Source of the DNA: Octopus vulgaris
Taxonomy: Eukaryota
DNA length: 64,000 bases
NCBI GenBank assembly: GCA_951406725.2
Contig: OX597838.1
Span: 4,774,001-4,838,000, forward strand
Reading direction: 5' to 3'
Shown in pieces: positions 1 through 14,567 of the stretch. The position numbers were made by a program, and so were the translations under genes. Numbering within the stretch: the first letter of the stretch is position 1; each line of letters begins with the position of its first letter. Below the pieces are notes generated by a model. It made no database searches. It was not told the origin of the DNA and saw nothing but the letters and a program-made list of their open reading frames with translations.

Positions 1-473
1 CCAAAACAAATATATTTATGTAGTACATTTCATGTTGATTGCCACACGGACAGTTACTTCCCTTGGACATTGTAAGAAGCTCTCCATCTTCATTATTTGT
101 ATTTTTATTTTACTTCTTTATGACGAATCTTCAAACAAACCGCAACGATCTTATATTACGACTGGCTATGACTGCACAAATCTCGTCGTCCCTTCATTTA
201 TTCGCCCGGGAAAATTACATCAGAATTTTATTGGGAGTTCTGCTTGCTTCTCTACAGATTACCCTCCCGTTAGAAAAATTCCGTCCAAATAAAATTATAC
301 CAAGATCATTCCATCTACTTTCGATCTAATGTCCATCTAGGAACACACCATCTACTTTGTCTATTTGTAGGCAAAAAGTACGCCGACACATCTTGGCAAT
401 CTGCGACATAAACCTAGATCTATAGCAAAATTTAGCTGTCAATATCACCTGTAAGGCATTCAACACTCACAGT

Positions 474-854
474 GGAGGCGCAATGGCCCAGTGGTTAGGG
501 CAGCGGACTCGTGGTCATAGGACCGCGGTTTCGATTCCCAGACCGGGCGTTGTGAGTGTTTATTGAGCGAAAACACCCAAAGCTCCACGAGGCTCCGGCA
601 GGGATGGTGGTGATCCCTGCTGTACTCTTTCACCACAACTTTCTCTCACTCTTACTTCCTGTTTCTGTTTTACCTGTATTTCAAAGGGCCGGCCTTGTCA
701 CTCTCTGTGTCACGCTGAATATCCCCGAGAACTACGTTAAGGGTACACGTATCTGTGGAGTGCTCAGCCACTTACACGTTAATTTCACGAGCAGGCTGTT
801 CCGTTGATCGGATCAACCGGAACCCTCGTCGTCGTAACCGACGGAGTGCTTCCA
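474..854 (+). mobile_element. tRNA-derived SINE, family C head with tail type 1, apparently full length
   Basis: Pol III A box (TGGCCCAGTGG) and B box (GGTTTCGATTCC). The first ~190 nt match the copy at 28115-28409; the last ~170 nt match 46350-46520 and 49270-49440. Confidence 0.85.
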
Positions 855-1582
855 GTCCTACGATGGTGATCGGGTCACTTTTCTGCGTGATATTTATATG
901 TGATTTGAACGACATATAGCTGCTGTTTGCAGCTGTTGTAGCTGTTAAAAGGCGCAGTTCTTAGAGATGGAAAAGTGAGTCAAGTACGAGTTAGGGTTAG
1001 AGTTACAGTGGATCGTTATATCAATTTACGTCTTAATCAAAAATTGCTGGCCTTGTGTTAAGGTAGATTAATCATATTTCAGTTTTTCATTTGTGGTTTG
1101 CTTTTAAAAATTTCCCAGTGGTTGTGGAAAAGAATGAAAAGAATATTAATTTTAGAAATAAAAGTTTTTATCAAATAAAAATATAATTAAAATGAAACAA
1201 AAATTTTCATTAGTTTATTTGCAATGAAATTTGTTATCAACAAAAATGATAATGTTGAACTCTTAATTAATTACTGATAAATTCTATTTAAGTTAGCGTG
1301 ACATCTATGGCGTAAAGAAGCAATAAAACATGGAGATGATCAGTAACATTGCTGACTTATCTAGGTGTACATCGTTATGTCATGTCTTCTGCCATTTTCG
1401 AACGGCTGAAATATATGGCTGCAATTTCTAGCCAGTCCAGAGACCACACATAGAAGCCAAGTTTGATTGCTTGTCTCTTCTCGTTTCTTTCGTCTTATCT
1501 GACAAACTGTTATGTCGCAAAACTACACAGTGGTTGGGTGAGTTACGAAATCCTTGTCGCCACTGCGATGTCGCACGTTCGA

Positions 1583-1815
1583 ATACACACACGCATACAT
1601 ACACACATACACACACACATACACACATACATACATACACACACACACATACATACACACACACACACACACATACACACATACATACATACACACACGC
1701 ATACATACACACATACACACACACATACACACATACATACATACACACACGCATACATATACATACATACACACACATACACACACATACACACACACAA
1801 CACACATACATACAT

Positions 1816-1855
<40 letters not shown>

Positions 1856-2452
1856 ACACACATACATACATACACACACGCATACATACACACACATACA
1901 CACACACATACACACATACATACATACACACACGCATACATATACATACATACACACACATACACACACATACACACACAAACACACACACACACATATA
2001 AACATATAAACACACATATAAGCCTCTACATTGTACACACACGCACACATATATACATACATTCACTCGCACGCACGTACACACACACGCACACACCCAC
2101 ACATTTACATATATATATATACTATACACTCACACACACATACACACGTACAAACACACACAAACTCACATACACACCGACAGATATACATACACAATAT
2201 ACACCTATCCGCCCACGCACACATACACACAAACACATACAAACGCACACATACACGCACACACATACACGTACATACATACACTCTCACACAAATGAAC
2301 CCATACATACATCCCTACACACACACACGCACGTACAAGCACACACGCACACTCGCACTAGGTTAAGCAGTTACTCGCCACACACCCACACTCTACGCAT
2401 ACACACATGAACACACACATGCACACACACACACACTAAAAACAACACACAC
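1583..2452. repeat. Compound (CA)n/(CATA)n microsatellite
   Basis: Directly visible; source of the HT/VC-repeat ORFs. Confidence 0.95.
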
Positions 2453-2726
2453 ACATGATACATATAGCCCTTTGTTTTTTGACCTGGCTTTGACCTGGCT
2501 TGATACAAACAGCTAGTAGTCATAAAGGAGTGCCTTATGACAGCTGACTTTGTCATTGCTTATTATTCACCAAAAATACACACACACACACACGCGTACG
2601 CACAAACACACTTGTCATCCTTGCACACACACACACACACACGCATTCCTTTTTTGAAACTCTCTTGCTTTTAAAAACCATGATTCGACTACCTCCCAAC
2701 TTCTGTTCTTTCAACATGTGATCTCT

Positions 2727-2927
2727 TGAGCACCACCAGCTCAAATATTTTTTCCTCTGTCTTTCCTTCTTGGGATCTTTCCTTCTCCTTGTTTCCAACG
2801 AAGAGCTCCGCTCGAAACGTTAAGCCCTCCTTCCCTTCTTTCCTGAGCGTCAATAATACTTTAATTGTTCCACGTCCTGCGTTGCTGTGTTTTTTTCTCT
2901 TTTTTCTGTGTTTTCTTGTTTGGATTA

Positions 2928-2932
<5 letters not shown>
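2727..2932 (+). mobile_element. Short Penelope-like terminal repeat (family 1) with hammerhead-like motif at 2791-2825
   Basis: Homologous to 15316-15497 and 27946-28114. Motif GTTT-CCAACGA-A-GAGC tcc GCTC-GAAAC-GTT-AAGC; abuts (TA)n. Confidence 0.7.
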
Positions 2933-2976
<44 letters not shown>

Positions 2977-4247
2977 TTATATACATATATATATATATGT
3001 ATATATATATGTTTAATTATATTTCTATATGAATAATATTTTGTCTAATGACTAATTCGTCTTTTGTACTAGGCCACTGGTAATAATAATCTATGTTATT
3101 ACCGTTATATTGTATATATATATGTATATACACATATATGTATATATGTACGTGTATATATATATATATATACATATTTATATATATATGTATGTATGTA
3201 GGTATGTAGGTTAAGTATGTATATATGTATACGTGGTTGTATATGAGTGTGTGTGTTTGTGTGTGTGTGTCTATCAATAAGAAAGAAATCTCCTTCAGCA
3301 ATTTTTTCTTCCGTTTTAAAAGAAAATACGATATATTTACCAAGGATAATGTCGCCCTTAATATATTATACCATCAAACAAAGACAGCATGTTCACGGCA
3401 TCGTGGAGAGGGTGTGTTGGTGTTCAGCGACATCAACAACGGCCGAAATAACAATAACAAGAACAACAACAACAGCAACAATAACGAAGAGAACAAATGC
3501 ACGTCAAAAAAATTTAAAAAGCAAAAAAAAAACAAAACAAAAAAAAAGCGCAGCAATAAACACCACAAGACATAAAGAACAATGGATATAGAACTCTTGA
3601 ATTTGAGTTCACACAGATATATGGTCACAAGGACAACAGAAGCAAGAAAGATAGAAGTCTGTGAGCCATTATTGATTAGTCATAAACTTCTGATAGCGTT
3701 CATGATAAGAAACGGACGCCATTTTTCAAAATGGCGGCAATCAACTTAATGCTTCAGGAAATGCATAGTGTACACATGCACACAGAGACATTCTCACACA
3801 TACACGAACACACGTGCAGACACATATATATGAATATATATTATATATGTGTGTGTGTGGGTTATGTACACATAACTTATAATATTATATCTGCATGCAT
3901 ATATATGTATATATACATGTATACAAACACACACAAACGCACACACGTATATATATAAAAATATATATATATACATGTATGTGCATACATATACATATAG
4001 ACATATACCTGTGTATCCATCTAATATATACACACATACTTACATACATACGTTTATATGTATATATATATATATGTTTCAAGCTGTGTACACTAATAAA
4101 CAAAATCTTCTTTAATCTAAAGGATACATCAAAAATACGATATTTTTTCTAAAAATTAATATACATTTCCTTTGCAAAATAATAATGTTAATAGCTATGG
4201 CACTTTGCGTATTTATGTATATACATATATACATACATACATATACA

Positions 4248-4304
<57 letters not shown>

Positions 4305-4479
4305 CTTTCCTAACGTATGTGCACAACAAATGATGTCTGTCGACAAATGTTTTTCTTTTCCACTGTATATAGTGCCAATATATATATATATATATATATA
4401 TACGTATTCGAGTGTTTGTATATGTGTGAGCGCATTTGTGCGTTTTCTAGGCATGTGTATGTGCGTGCATATACATACA

Positions 4480-4512
<33 letters not shown>

Positions 4513-4892
4513 GTATATATGCTCGTGTATATCTGCGTGAATATCGTAATGGCATGGAAGTGTATTTGCATTACACAGCCATCCTGTGATACTGGGTGTA
4601 TATATATATATACACACACATACATATTTATATATATACAGACATGCATGCATATCTATGCGTTTATAGGTGCATGCGCATGAGCACATACGTACATACA
4701 TACATACATATAAATATGAATGTGTCTGTGTGTATGTGAATTAATATATGTGTTTATGAATGTATACGCTGTGAACGTATGAAAAAGAATTATTATATTA
4801 TCTCAACAAAAGCGAAAATCAAAATCAAACTCCATATCAATATAACTAATAATCTATGACAATGGTAGATATACACCATACATGCAGACAAA

Positions 4893-4946
<54 letters not shown>

Positions 4947-4994
4947 GGCCTATATATGCATACACACATAAATACATAATGCATTCATACAGAG

Positions 4995-5062
<68 letters not shown>

Positions 5063-5261
5063 TATATGCATATATACATGTATTCACACGCACACACACA
5101 TATATATACATATACATACATATATATCGTGATGTATCTATATATCTATGCACGTATATATATATGAATATATAAATGTATATACATATATATGTATCTA
5201 TGTATAATTTTGTGTATATATATATATGCATATACATATACATACATATATATATGTATAA

Positions 5262-5323
<62 letters not shown>

Positions 5324-5900
5324 GTATATATATACCTACATATATATATATGTATGTATTTGTCTATTCACTCCAGAACAAATTCACACGTGAGTCGTGC
5401 TCGTTAGTGAAGGCGTTCATATCACATTTTGTGTTACATCAAATTCTCGGCGGTTTTTTTCTATTTATTTTTATTATCTTTTTAGTTGTCTTTTATGGAC
5501 GTTTGCAGTGCTTTCTTCCATGCCATAGTTGGTTGGTTTGTCCGTTTGTGAGCAACTGGAATGATTAGACAGTACTTTGTTAACGGCTGTCGTCTTCTTC
5601 CCATTAATACATGCGGAGGTGATTTTCGCTCAAGCTGTGTACAATAATAAACCATGTTTCTTTAATCTGAGATATATACGTCGCTATTACCGCTTGTTTA
5701 ATTAAGAAATACAAAGAGTTGTCCATTCCAATGTGCAAGAATATGCATAGATATAATTACACAAAGAACACCCATTTACACACACCTCTCTCTCTCTATA
5801 TATATATATATGTATATATGTATATATGTATTCATACACCCACACACTCACATATATATCTACAAACATACTTAAACACGCAATATTTTTGCATGTATAG

Positions 5901-5949
<49 letters not shown>

Positions 5950-5971
5950 TACATATATATACATATAAATA

Positions 5972-6025
<54 letters not shown>

Positions 6026-6227
6026 AATATATATATATACATATATATATGTGTATATATATACACATACATATATATATATGTATATATATATATACAT
6101 CCATATATATATATATATGTATGTATATATATACACGTTTATCTATCCATCTATCCATCTTTATATCTATCTATCAATCTTTCTATCTATTTATCTATCG
6201 ATCTATCTATATATGTATATGTGTGTG

Positions 6228-6355
<128 letters not shown>

Positions 6356-6364
6356 TATATTTAT

Positions 6365-6822
6365 TCTTTTATTTATTTCAGTCATTTGAGTGCGGCCATG
6401 GTAGGGCACCGCCTTTACTCGAGCAAATTTATCCCATTAGCGTATTCTAACGGTCTCTCTTGCCGAACCGCAAGTTTACGGGAAGGTAAACATATCAGCA
6501 TCGGTTCTCAAGCGATGGTGTGCGGACAATCACACACACACACACATACACACACACACATACACACACACACACACACACACGCACAGACACACACACA
6601 CACACATAAGCATATATATATATATATAAATGAAAGAATGGAATCGATCGAAGATGTTAACAAAATTCCTTTACTCTCGAAAACATGTTTCGAAGACAGC
6701 ATGTTTTCATTCCAAAGGAATAAAGGGTGCATTATGCAATCTTCTCATCAGGAAAGAAAGGAGCCTCTCTCGACAACAAGACAAACATGCTGACGATAAA
6801 CATAGGATAATTCATTCACCTA

Positions 6823-6895
<73 letters not shown>

Positions 6896-6985
6896 GCGAT
6901 GGACTTCTTTCAGTTTCCGTCTACCAAATCCACTCAGAAGTTTTGGGTTGGCCCGAGACTATAGTAGAAGATAGTTTCCCAAGGA
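6365..6985 (-). mobile_element. Family A SINE, degenerate, halves separated by expanded microsatellite and unrelated sequence
   Basis: 6365-6530 and 6897-6985 match the 3' and 5' portions of the intact copy at 57447-57842. Confidence 0.75.
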
Positions 6986-7039
6986 AACCGGGAAACCGGC
7001 TCTATGAGCCAGGCGTGGCTTGAAAAGGAACAAACAAAA

Positions 7040-7151
7040 CGATGAAAGGCAAAGTCGACCTCGGCAGAATTTGAACGCGGAGCGTAACTAAAGGATAAAA
7101 ATGCCGCTAAGCAATTTCTCCGGCGTGGTTACGACTCTGCCAGCTCGCCGC
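7040..7151 (-). mobile_element. Family B SINE, 5' portion
   Basis: Reverse complement of GGCGAGCTGGCAGA...TTCAAATTCTGCCGAGGTCGACTTTGCCTTTCATC. Confidence 0.8.
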
Positions 7152-7159
7152 GTACGTAA

Positions 7160-7509
7160 CAGTATAACTCGCCTCCTTATGAGAGCTCAAAATCTCTCGT
7201 GGAAGCGCCATCCAACCAAAGTACAAATATATGGGAAACTACCACCTGTGTCATCTCTTGTGAAAGGTAAGAGTCCAGTTTGCTGGACATTGTTGTAGAG
7301 CTGAAAAAGAGGTAATTTCTACTCTCCTCCTCTGGAAGCCATCTACTCGCAATGCCAGAGGGCGCACACTCTCCTACCTTGATGTAATCTCCAGGGATAC
7401 AGGCATCCAGCAACAGGACTTCCGTAATGCCATGACGGACCGTGAAGTCTGGCGTAGCATGGTAAATTCCATTGTCTCGACCACGGTCGAACAATGATGA
7501 TGATGATGT
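7160..7509 (+). mobile_element. RTE-clade LINE 3' end, frameshifted, with (TGA)n tail
   Basis: Translates to RLLMRAQNLSWKRHPT...(frameshift) VQFAGHCCRAEKEVISTLLLWKP...AMTDREVWRSMV, the post-RT C-terminus pattern of RTE-type LINEs, followed by a tandem TGA tail. Confidence 0.8.
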
Positions 7510-8561
7510 ATATTTAAGACTGGAGATTAAAAGGTGGTTCACCTTACTAAACCGTTCTGATATATGAGTCTTAATTTGAATTTAAAGAGCTGATACCTAA
7601 CCATAAAAAATCTGGGTTACGGATGTGACGAGCCTTAAGATTTATATGTGTTGGTCAAGGACGTGTCTTGGTCAAAGCAGTGATGGTGACAGGGCGGTAC
7701 AAAGCTACACGGATTTGTCGACGGGTTGCTCGGTAACATAAGTGATTCAGTTATCACTTGTCACTGATATCTATTTATAATCAAGTGAGTTATGATATAC
7801 ACGACGCCAACAGGCGTATAGAAAAACACAGACACAGATACACACACAGATGTATTTAAGCGTGGGTAAATATATAGGTATATATATGTATGTATATGTG
7901 ATGTATGTGTGTGCATGTGTGTGTGTGTGTGTGTGTGTTTTTATTTTAAACAAGCAGCATGAAGCCTCGTCTACGTGTCTCCATAAATTATTTAAGTCAT
8001 TCAAGATTTACCAGTGGTCTAAATATAACGGGAAATATATGTCGGGAAAAAAATTATATAAACTTGTGTTTAACAGAATTTCTCTTGATCTTTGCGCCGT
8101 ACATCCGAAACAGGAATTCTACAACGGTCAATAGTGACCATCCCACTTAACTGGAAGCAGTCTGGATGATGGTAATCTACGTCAAGCTCTAAACTGAACG
8201 TTAGCAGTTCTACATCTCACTATACGCACAAGATATACATACATTCATATATACATACATACATACAAGCATACATGCATACATACATACATACATACAT
8301 ACATACATACATACATACATACATACACACATACATGCATAGATACATATATACATGCATACATACACACACATATGTATGTATTCTTGAATATATGTAG
8401 GTATGAAATTATGTATGTATGTACATATTTATATACGTATGAGTGTATGTATATATTTATGAATATGTTTATATATGACTGCGTGCTTACGCATGAATAC
8501 ATGCGCACACATAGAAGCACACTCATACATATACACACACACACATATATATAGGAGTGTG

Positions 8562-8672
<111 letters not shown>

Positions 8673-9349
8673 TTATATATATAGATGTATATGCATTTAT
8701 ATATGTATATATATATATATATGTACATATATATGTATATATATATATCTATGTATATATATATATATATATACGCACATAAATACACACACACGCACAC
8801 ACACACACAGACACACACATATATATATGCAAACAAATATACTTACATATATATATATAGATATATATATATATAGATATATACATAATGCATTACCATT
8901 CCTTCTCCTTCAAAGAATATTCTCTAAGTTTCCATTCTTCCAGTCCTCCATTCATCGCTTCTTTTCTGTTCATTAATTTTCTCCTTCTTTTTTTTCTTCC
9001 TTTTTCGCGATCGACATATCGTAGCTGCGTTCTTCAGACTGGAGGCTCTAAGAAACGTTAACGAAACAATACAATACCAGGTGAACAAGAGGAAATTAAG
9101 CCGACTCATTAATTTCACGGTGAATACACATATTGTATACCTGTCTGCCACCTGCCTGTGATCATCGACAATAGCTACAATGTCTTATAGAGAGAGAAGA
9201 GAGCTACGACCTCTAGCACATTCAATTGTTTAAGCTAAACAATTGAGCAGACATCTTGCTCTCGTTTTTCTGACGATTTTTCTGTTTTTTTTTTCTTGCG
9301 TCGTTCGATTTCGATTTGTTTATTAGTTCTTGACAATTTATCGGAGATT

Positions 9350-9386
<37 letters not shown>

Positions 9387-9571
9387 TTGTATGCGCACGC
9401 GTGCTTTGTGTGCGTGCGCGTGTGTCTCTGCTAGTCTTGTAGACCTATTTGTCATCAAAATATGTATCGTTGAGGTGTGAGTGTGTGTGCATGGAAAGGC
9501 ATTTTGCATTCTTGTAATGCATATATGTATGTATGTTTGTATGTATGTATGTATGTTTGTATGTATGTATG

Positions 9572-9607
<36 letters not shown>

Positions 9608-9639
9608 AAATCTCTCTCTATATATAAATCTATACACGA

Positions 9640-9694
<55 letters not shown>

Positions 9695-9767
9695 CAATAT
9701 ATATATTAATCTATAGACATGTATATATCTTATATTATGTATGCGTTATATCATATTTATATATATC

Positions 9768-9809
<42 letters not shown>

Positions 9810-9859
9810 AATTTTTTTCTTTCGTAATGAGATAAAAAAACCAAGGATGTATAAATTTT

Positions 9860-10176
9860 AGAACATTTATGGATAGAAGGTCTTACAGCTGTTTCCAGGA
9901 TATTTATTATATCCCATCATCGAAACATTTAATTTAGATAAGATATAAAATAGAGAGTGAGGTGGAGGAAATAAAAGAAAGTAGACGTGAGATATGTAGG
10001 GATATTGCATTTGTAGATCCATTTTTTTAGGCACAATGGTATACATATAAGATTCCAATACCTTATGAGTAAAATCCCATAGAATTTAAAATTGTATTTA
10101 AGGTATTGGAATCTTATACGTATACCATTCTGTCTAAAAAAGGGATCTACAAATGCAATATCCCTACATATCTCAC
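9860..10176 (-). mobile_element. PLE-type terminus with hammerhead-like motif (9880-9926, -) and an inverted duplication
   Basis: Minus strand TCGATGA-T-GGGATAT aataa ATATCCT-G-GAAAC AGCT GTA. Inverted arms at 9988-10065 and 10099-10176. Confidence 0.65.
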
Positions 10177-10179
10177 ATC

Positions 10180-10345
10180 AATCGCTTGGCAATCGATGTT
10201 GGTGTTTACAACCCGTAACTTATGGGTTCAGCAAAAGACCCCAATAGAAATAACTGCTAGGCTTACAAAGAATAAGATTTGTTAGACTAAAGGCGGTGCT
10301 CCAGCATGGCTGCAGTCAAATGACTGAAACAAGTAAACGAGTAAA
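10180..10345 (+). mobile_element. Family A SINE, 3' half
   Basis: ATCGCTTGGCAATCGATG...GGCGGTGCTCCAGCATGGCTGCAGTCAAATGACTGAAACAAG. Confidence 0.8.
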
Positions 10346-10519
10346 AAAAAAAGAATATGTAGGTACGCACACGAGTATGCGTGTATGTATGTATATATGC
10401 ATCTTTCTATATATTTAACTGTCTATCAGTATGCGTATAATTAAACACACGGACGCATACACACATACGCATTGCGGTACGTAAGCCGAGTCAAGAAATA
10501 TCGACTGAGACTTTTTATT

Positions 10520-10575
10520 GACGTAGCTGAAGAGACCCAGAACGGGTCGGAACATGCTTTGTACCCAATAAAGCC
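10520..10575 (+). ncRNA. Degenerate minimal hammerhead-ribozyme-like motif followed by AATAAA
   Basis: CTGAAGA-GACCC agaac GGGTC-GGAAC: one change from GAAAC; stems I and III are weak. Confidence 0.45.
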
Positions 10576-10742
10576 TATTACACATTCCATTCCCTATTTT
10601 GTTAATACTGTTACACCAGCCGCCGCTACGAAGTCCCTGCGGTTAATCTAGGGATAACAACAGGTAATCGAAACTGTACAGGTGCTTCACTCATCAGCCA
10701 TTCATACATTTTGGACAATTCCTCCATTATATATATATATAA

Positions 10743-10824
<82 letters not shown>

Positions 10825-10840
10825 CTATATATATATATAA

Positions 10841-10903
<63 letters not shown>

Positions 10904-10907
10904 TACA

Positions 10908-10951
<44 letters not shown>

Positions 10952-11261
10952 TTATATATATACACGTACACACATGTATATTAAATACATGATATAATAT
11001 GATTTTATTAAGTTTGGTATGAGATAAAATCTGGAAAAGAGAAAAATACCTATTTTTTCCTCTTCACAGTTTATGATTAAAATATACGAAAAACACTTAA
11101 CAAAACTTCTAGAATTTTATCATCCTTATCATCATCATCATCATAATCCTCATCAACATCATAAAAACTATTATCATAATTGTCGTTGTTGTTATTGTTG
11201 TTGTCGGTTTTGTTTATAATATTGTTGTATAGCATTATCATATATTTCCGTCTGTAATATA

Positions 11262-11361
<100 letters not shown>

Positions 11362-11705
11362 TATATTTACGTTATGATAGAAAAGTTTTAAAGACGCAAA
11401 TGAAATAAAAACAAAACGAAAACTATTGCTATATTTAGATTTATTTATGTCTTTATACGGCTGGCTGTTTTCTTGTTTTTTTTTCTTTCTTTAATATATC
11501 TACATGAATATATGTACATATATATGGACATATATGTATATTTATGTGTTTGTGACAGAAAGTGTGTGTGTAATTATATAAAACGTACTTAGAGAAAGCG
11601 CACGTGCACAAGCGAACATATACAGACATAAACACACACGCACCACATATTGATGCATATACATATATATATGTGTGTGTTCGTGTGTGTATCTCCGTGT
11701 GTATA

Positions 11706-11808
<103 letters not shown>

Positions 11809-11944
11809 TATGAGTCTGTGGGCGTTTACGTCTGTGTACAGATGTATATATATACATGCATACATACACATATACTTTTTATATATGTATGTATGCATAT
11901 ATATATATATATATATAAATGTATATAAATGTATATATGCATAT

Positions 11945-11994
<50 letters not shown>

Positions 11995-12135
11995 GTACAT
12001 ACACATATATACATACACACACATACAGAATCATACGGACATATTTTGGTATATCTACTTCTCTACGTAATCAAACAAGTACGAGAACTAAACAGTTATT
12101 CGGGTAAATACATACTTACATATACACCTATGTTC

Positions 12136-12172
<37 letters not shown>

Positions 12173-12660
12173 TATGCTATTACATGCCCATATATATATA
12201 TATGTATATACACTGCCACATTCACAATCATATACGCATGTGTGTTGCGCATATGCTTCGAGAAAACGCGTTAGAGTGTCTCTAATACATTATGTATGTG
12301 TGTTTATGGAGGTACATAAAGGCCTTGCCCAAACCTCTTATGGATTCTTAAATCTGATAAACTGGCATCAAATTAAAACCGGTTAGAAAGCCAATTATAT
12401 TAGAGACTATAAAACCTACCTAAATAATGTGATTAGCTTAACGGAGAGGCGATATAAGAGTATTATCAGAGATTTTGTGAAACTTTATGACCAATTCTGT
12501 CACAACGGTACACACACAGGCGAAAGTATATATAATAGACATAAAGCAAGCGTATAAACATATACATTTATACATATACATATATATATATATATGCATG
12601 TATATATGTGTGTATATATATGCATATATATATTTATACACATATATACGTGTGTGTGTG

Positions 12661-12691
<31 letters not shown>

Positions 12692-13396
12692 ATATATATA
12701 TACGTGTATATATAGATATATACATGTATTTGTGTATGTATTTATGTATGTATGTATGTATGTGTATATAAATTTGTGATGTGTCCGTACGTTTGTGGGG
12801 TGGATGTGTCTGCGACGCATGACACTCAAATATATGTAAAATGATATGATTAAGAAAATATATATGTCTATACGTGCTCAGAGACCGATGCACATATACA
12901 CACCCATGCCATGTATATGCAGACATTGGTACTCAGACACACAAGCGCAATCACAAAATTACATACATACATGCATACGTACATATACATGTATATATAT
13001 ATACGTATATATATATATATGAATATATATATATATATATATGTGTGTGTGTATATATATGAATATACATGTTTATAAATACATACATATATTTATACAC
13101 ATATGTACACGTATATTTATATATATATGCGTACACATAAATATATATACATACACACAGACATACATGAACACGCACAGACACACACATACACAAACAC
13201 ACACACACACATATATATGCATGTGTGCGTGTGTGTGATGATATGCATCTACTAATATATCGATATGCGCGTGTGTCCGCTTTATACACACATGTACATA
13301 TATATTGAGATATACACACCTCTGTCTCTCTCCCTGTCTCTCTCTGTCTCTTTTTGTCTCTCTCTCTCTCTCTCTTTCACTCACTCCCTTTCTCTA

Positions 13397-13456
<60 letters not shown>

Positions 13457-13735
13457 GTAATATATGTATATATATTTATATAAGTACATGTCGTAAATTA
13501 TCTATATACTTGCGTCATTAAAAGTAAAAACCTTTATTTATCTGTTAAGATATATGAGTGAATCGTAAAGAATGGAGAATAATTCTATTTTATTGTGGTT
13601 TGGGGTGATGTAAAAGCTTTTTTACTGTTATTGTCGTTCTGTAACACAAAGTTCTTATACATACGCATATATATATGCTTGTATATACATATGTATATAT
13701 ATATATATATATAGAAATATATATATATTTATATT

Positions 13736-13775
<40 letters not shown>

Positions 13776-13813
13776 TATGTATACATGTATATATATATAC
13801 ATATATATATGTA

Positions 13814-13854
<41 letters not shown>

Positions 13855-13954
13855 GCATCTATTTAGACATATATATGTAAATATATTTGTATATATATAT
13901 ATGCATATATGTATATATATGTCTATATATGTATATAATTACATGTATATGTGC

Positions 13955-13987
<33 letters not shown>

Positions 13988-14567
13988 CACACACACACAC
14001 AAGCATATATATATATGCTTCTTTATGTATACAGCTACATTTTCCTATACACAAGATATACATATTTATGCACACTCAGACACACACACATCTACACACG
14101 CAGAGACATACATCTGTGTATATATATATATATATATATACATATATATATGTGTGTGTGTTTGTGTATGTGGCTGCGTATGTGCTTATGTCTATCTATT
14201 GCGTATTGCTCGAGAAAGCCTTCGTCATTGCATCGAATTCATTCGGGCTCCTGATTTTATACCTTACGATATCTTTACCGGTTCTTACCCTCCTATGTTC
14301 AATTTCCGTTTATAATAACTTTGTTACTAGCATGTTTTAGATGATGTTGATGTGTATTCGAACTTGATAAGACCTATCGCTTCAGGAATATCCTAAATAT
14401 CCTCGGGTATATTTTCTACGTAGATGTATTTGAATATGCATTTCATTTTGGCCTTCCAGTAACGTCATTCGATCATAGGACGCATGCATTTCTCCATCAC
14501 TTTGCTTCAGATGCAATAATCTTGTTATTAATATTTCTAGAGGGATGGATGGTATTAGCTAAATTAA

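Noticed and set aside
474-547. tRNA gene
   Set aside because: Has A and B boxes but continues into a multi-copy body with no terminator; it is a SINE head.
1428-2410. Long ORFs rich in HT/VC/YI dipeptides (here and throughout the window)
   Set aside because: Translations of di- and tetranucleotide microsatellites that lack stop codons in several frames.
9000-9040. Minus-strand CTGAAGA...GCGAAA as a hammerhead
   Set aside because: Stem II is unconvincing and there is no stem III or NUH.
10649-10668. Resemblance to the I-SceI site (TAGGGATAACAACAGGTAAT)
   Set aside because: Requires indels and there is no vector context; coincidence.
12380-12480. Possible GIY-YIG remnant (SLTERRYKS)
   Set aside because: Too short and degenerate to support without a profile search.
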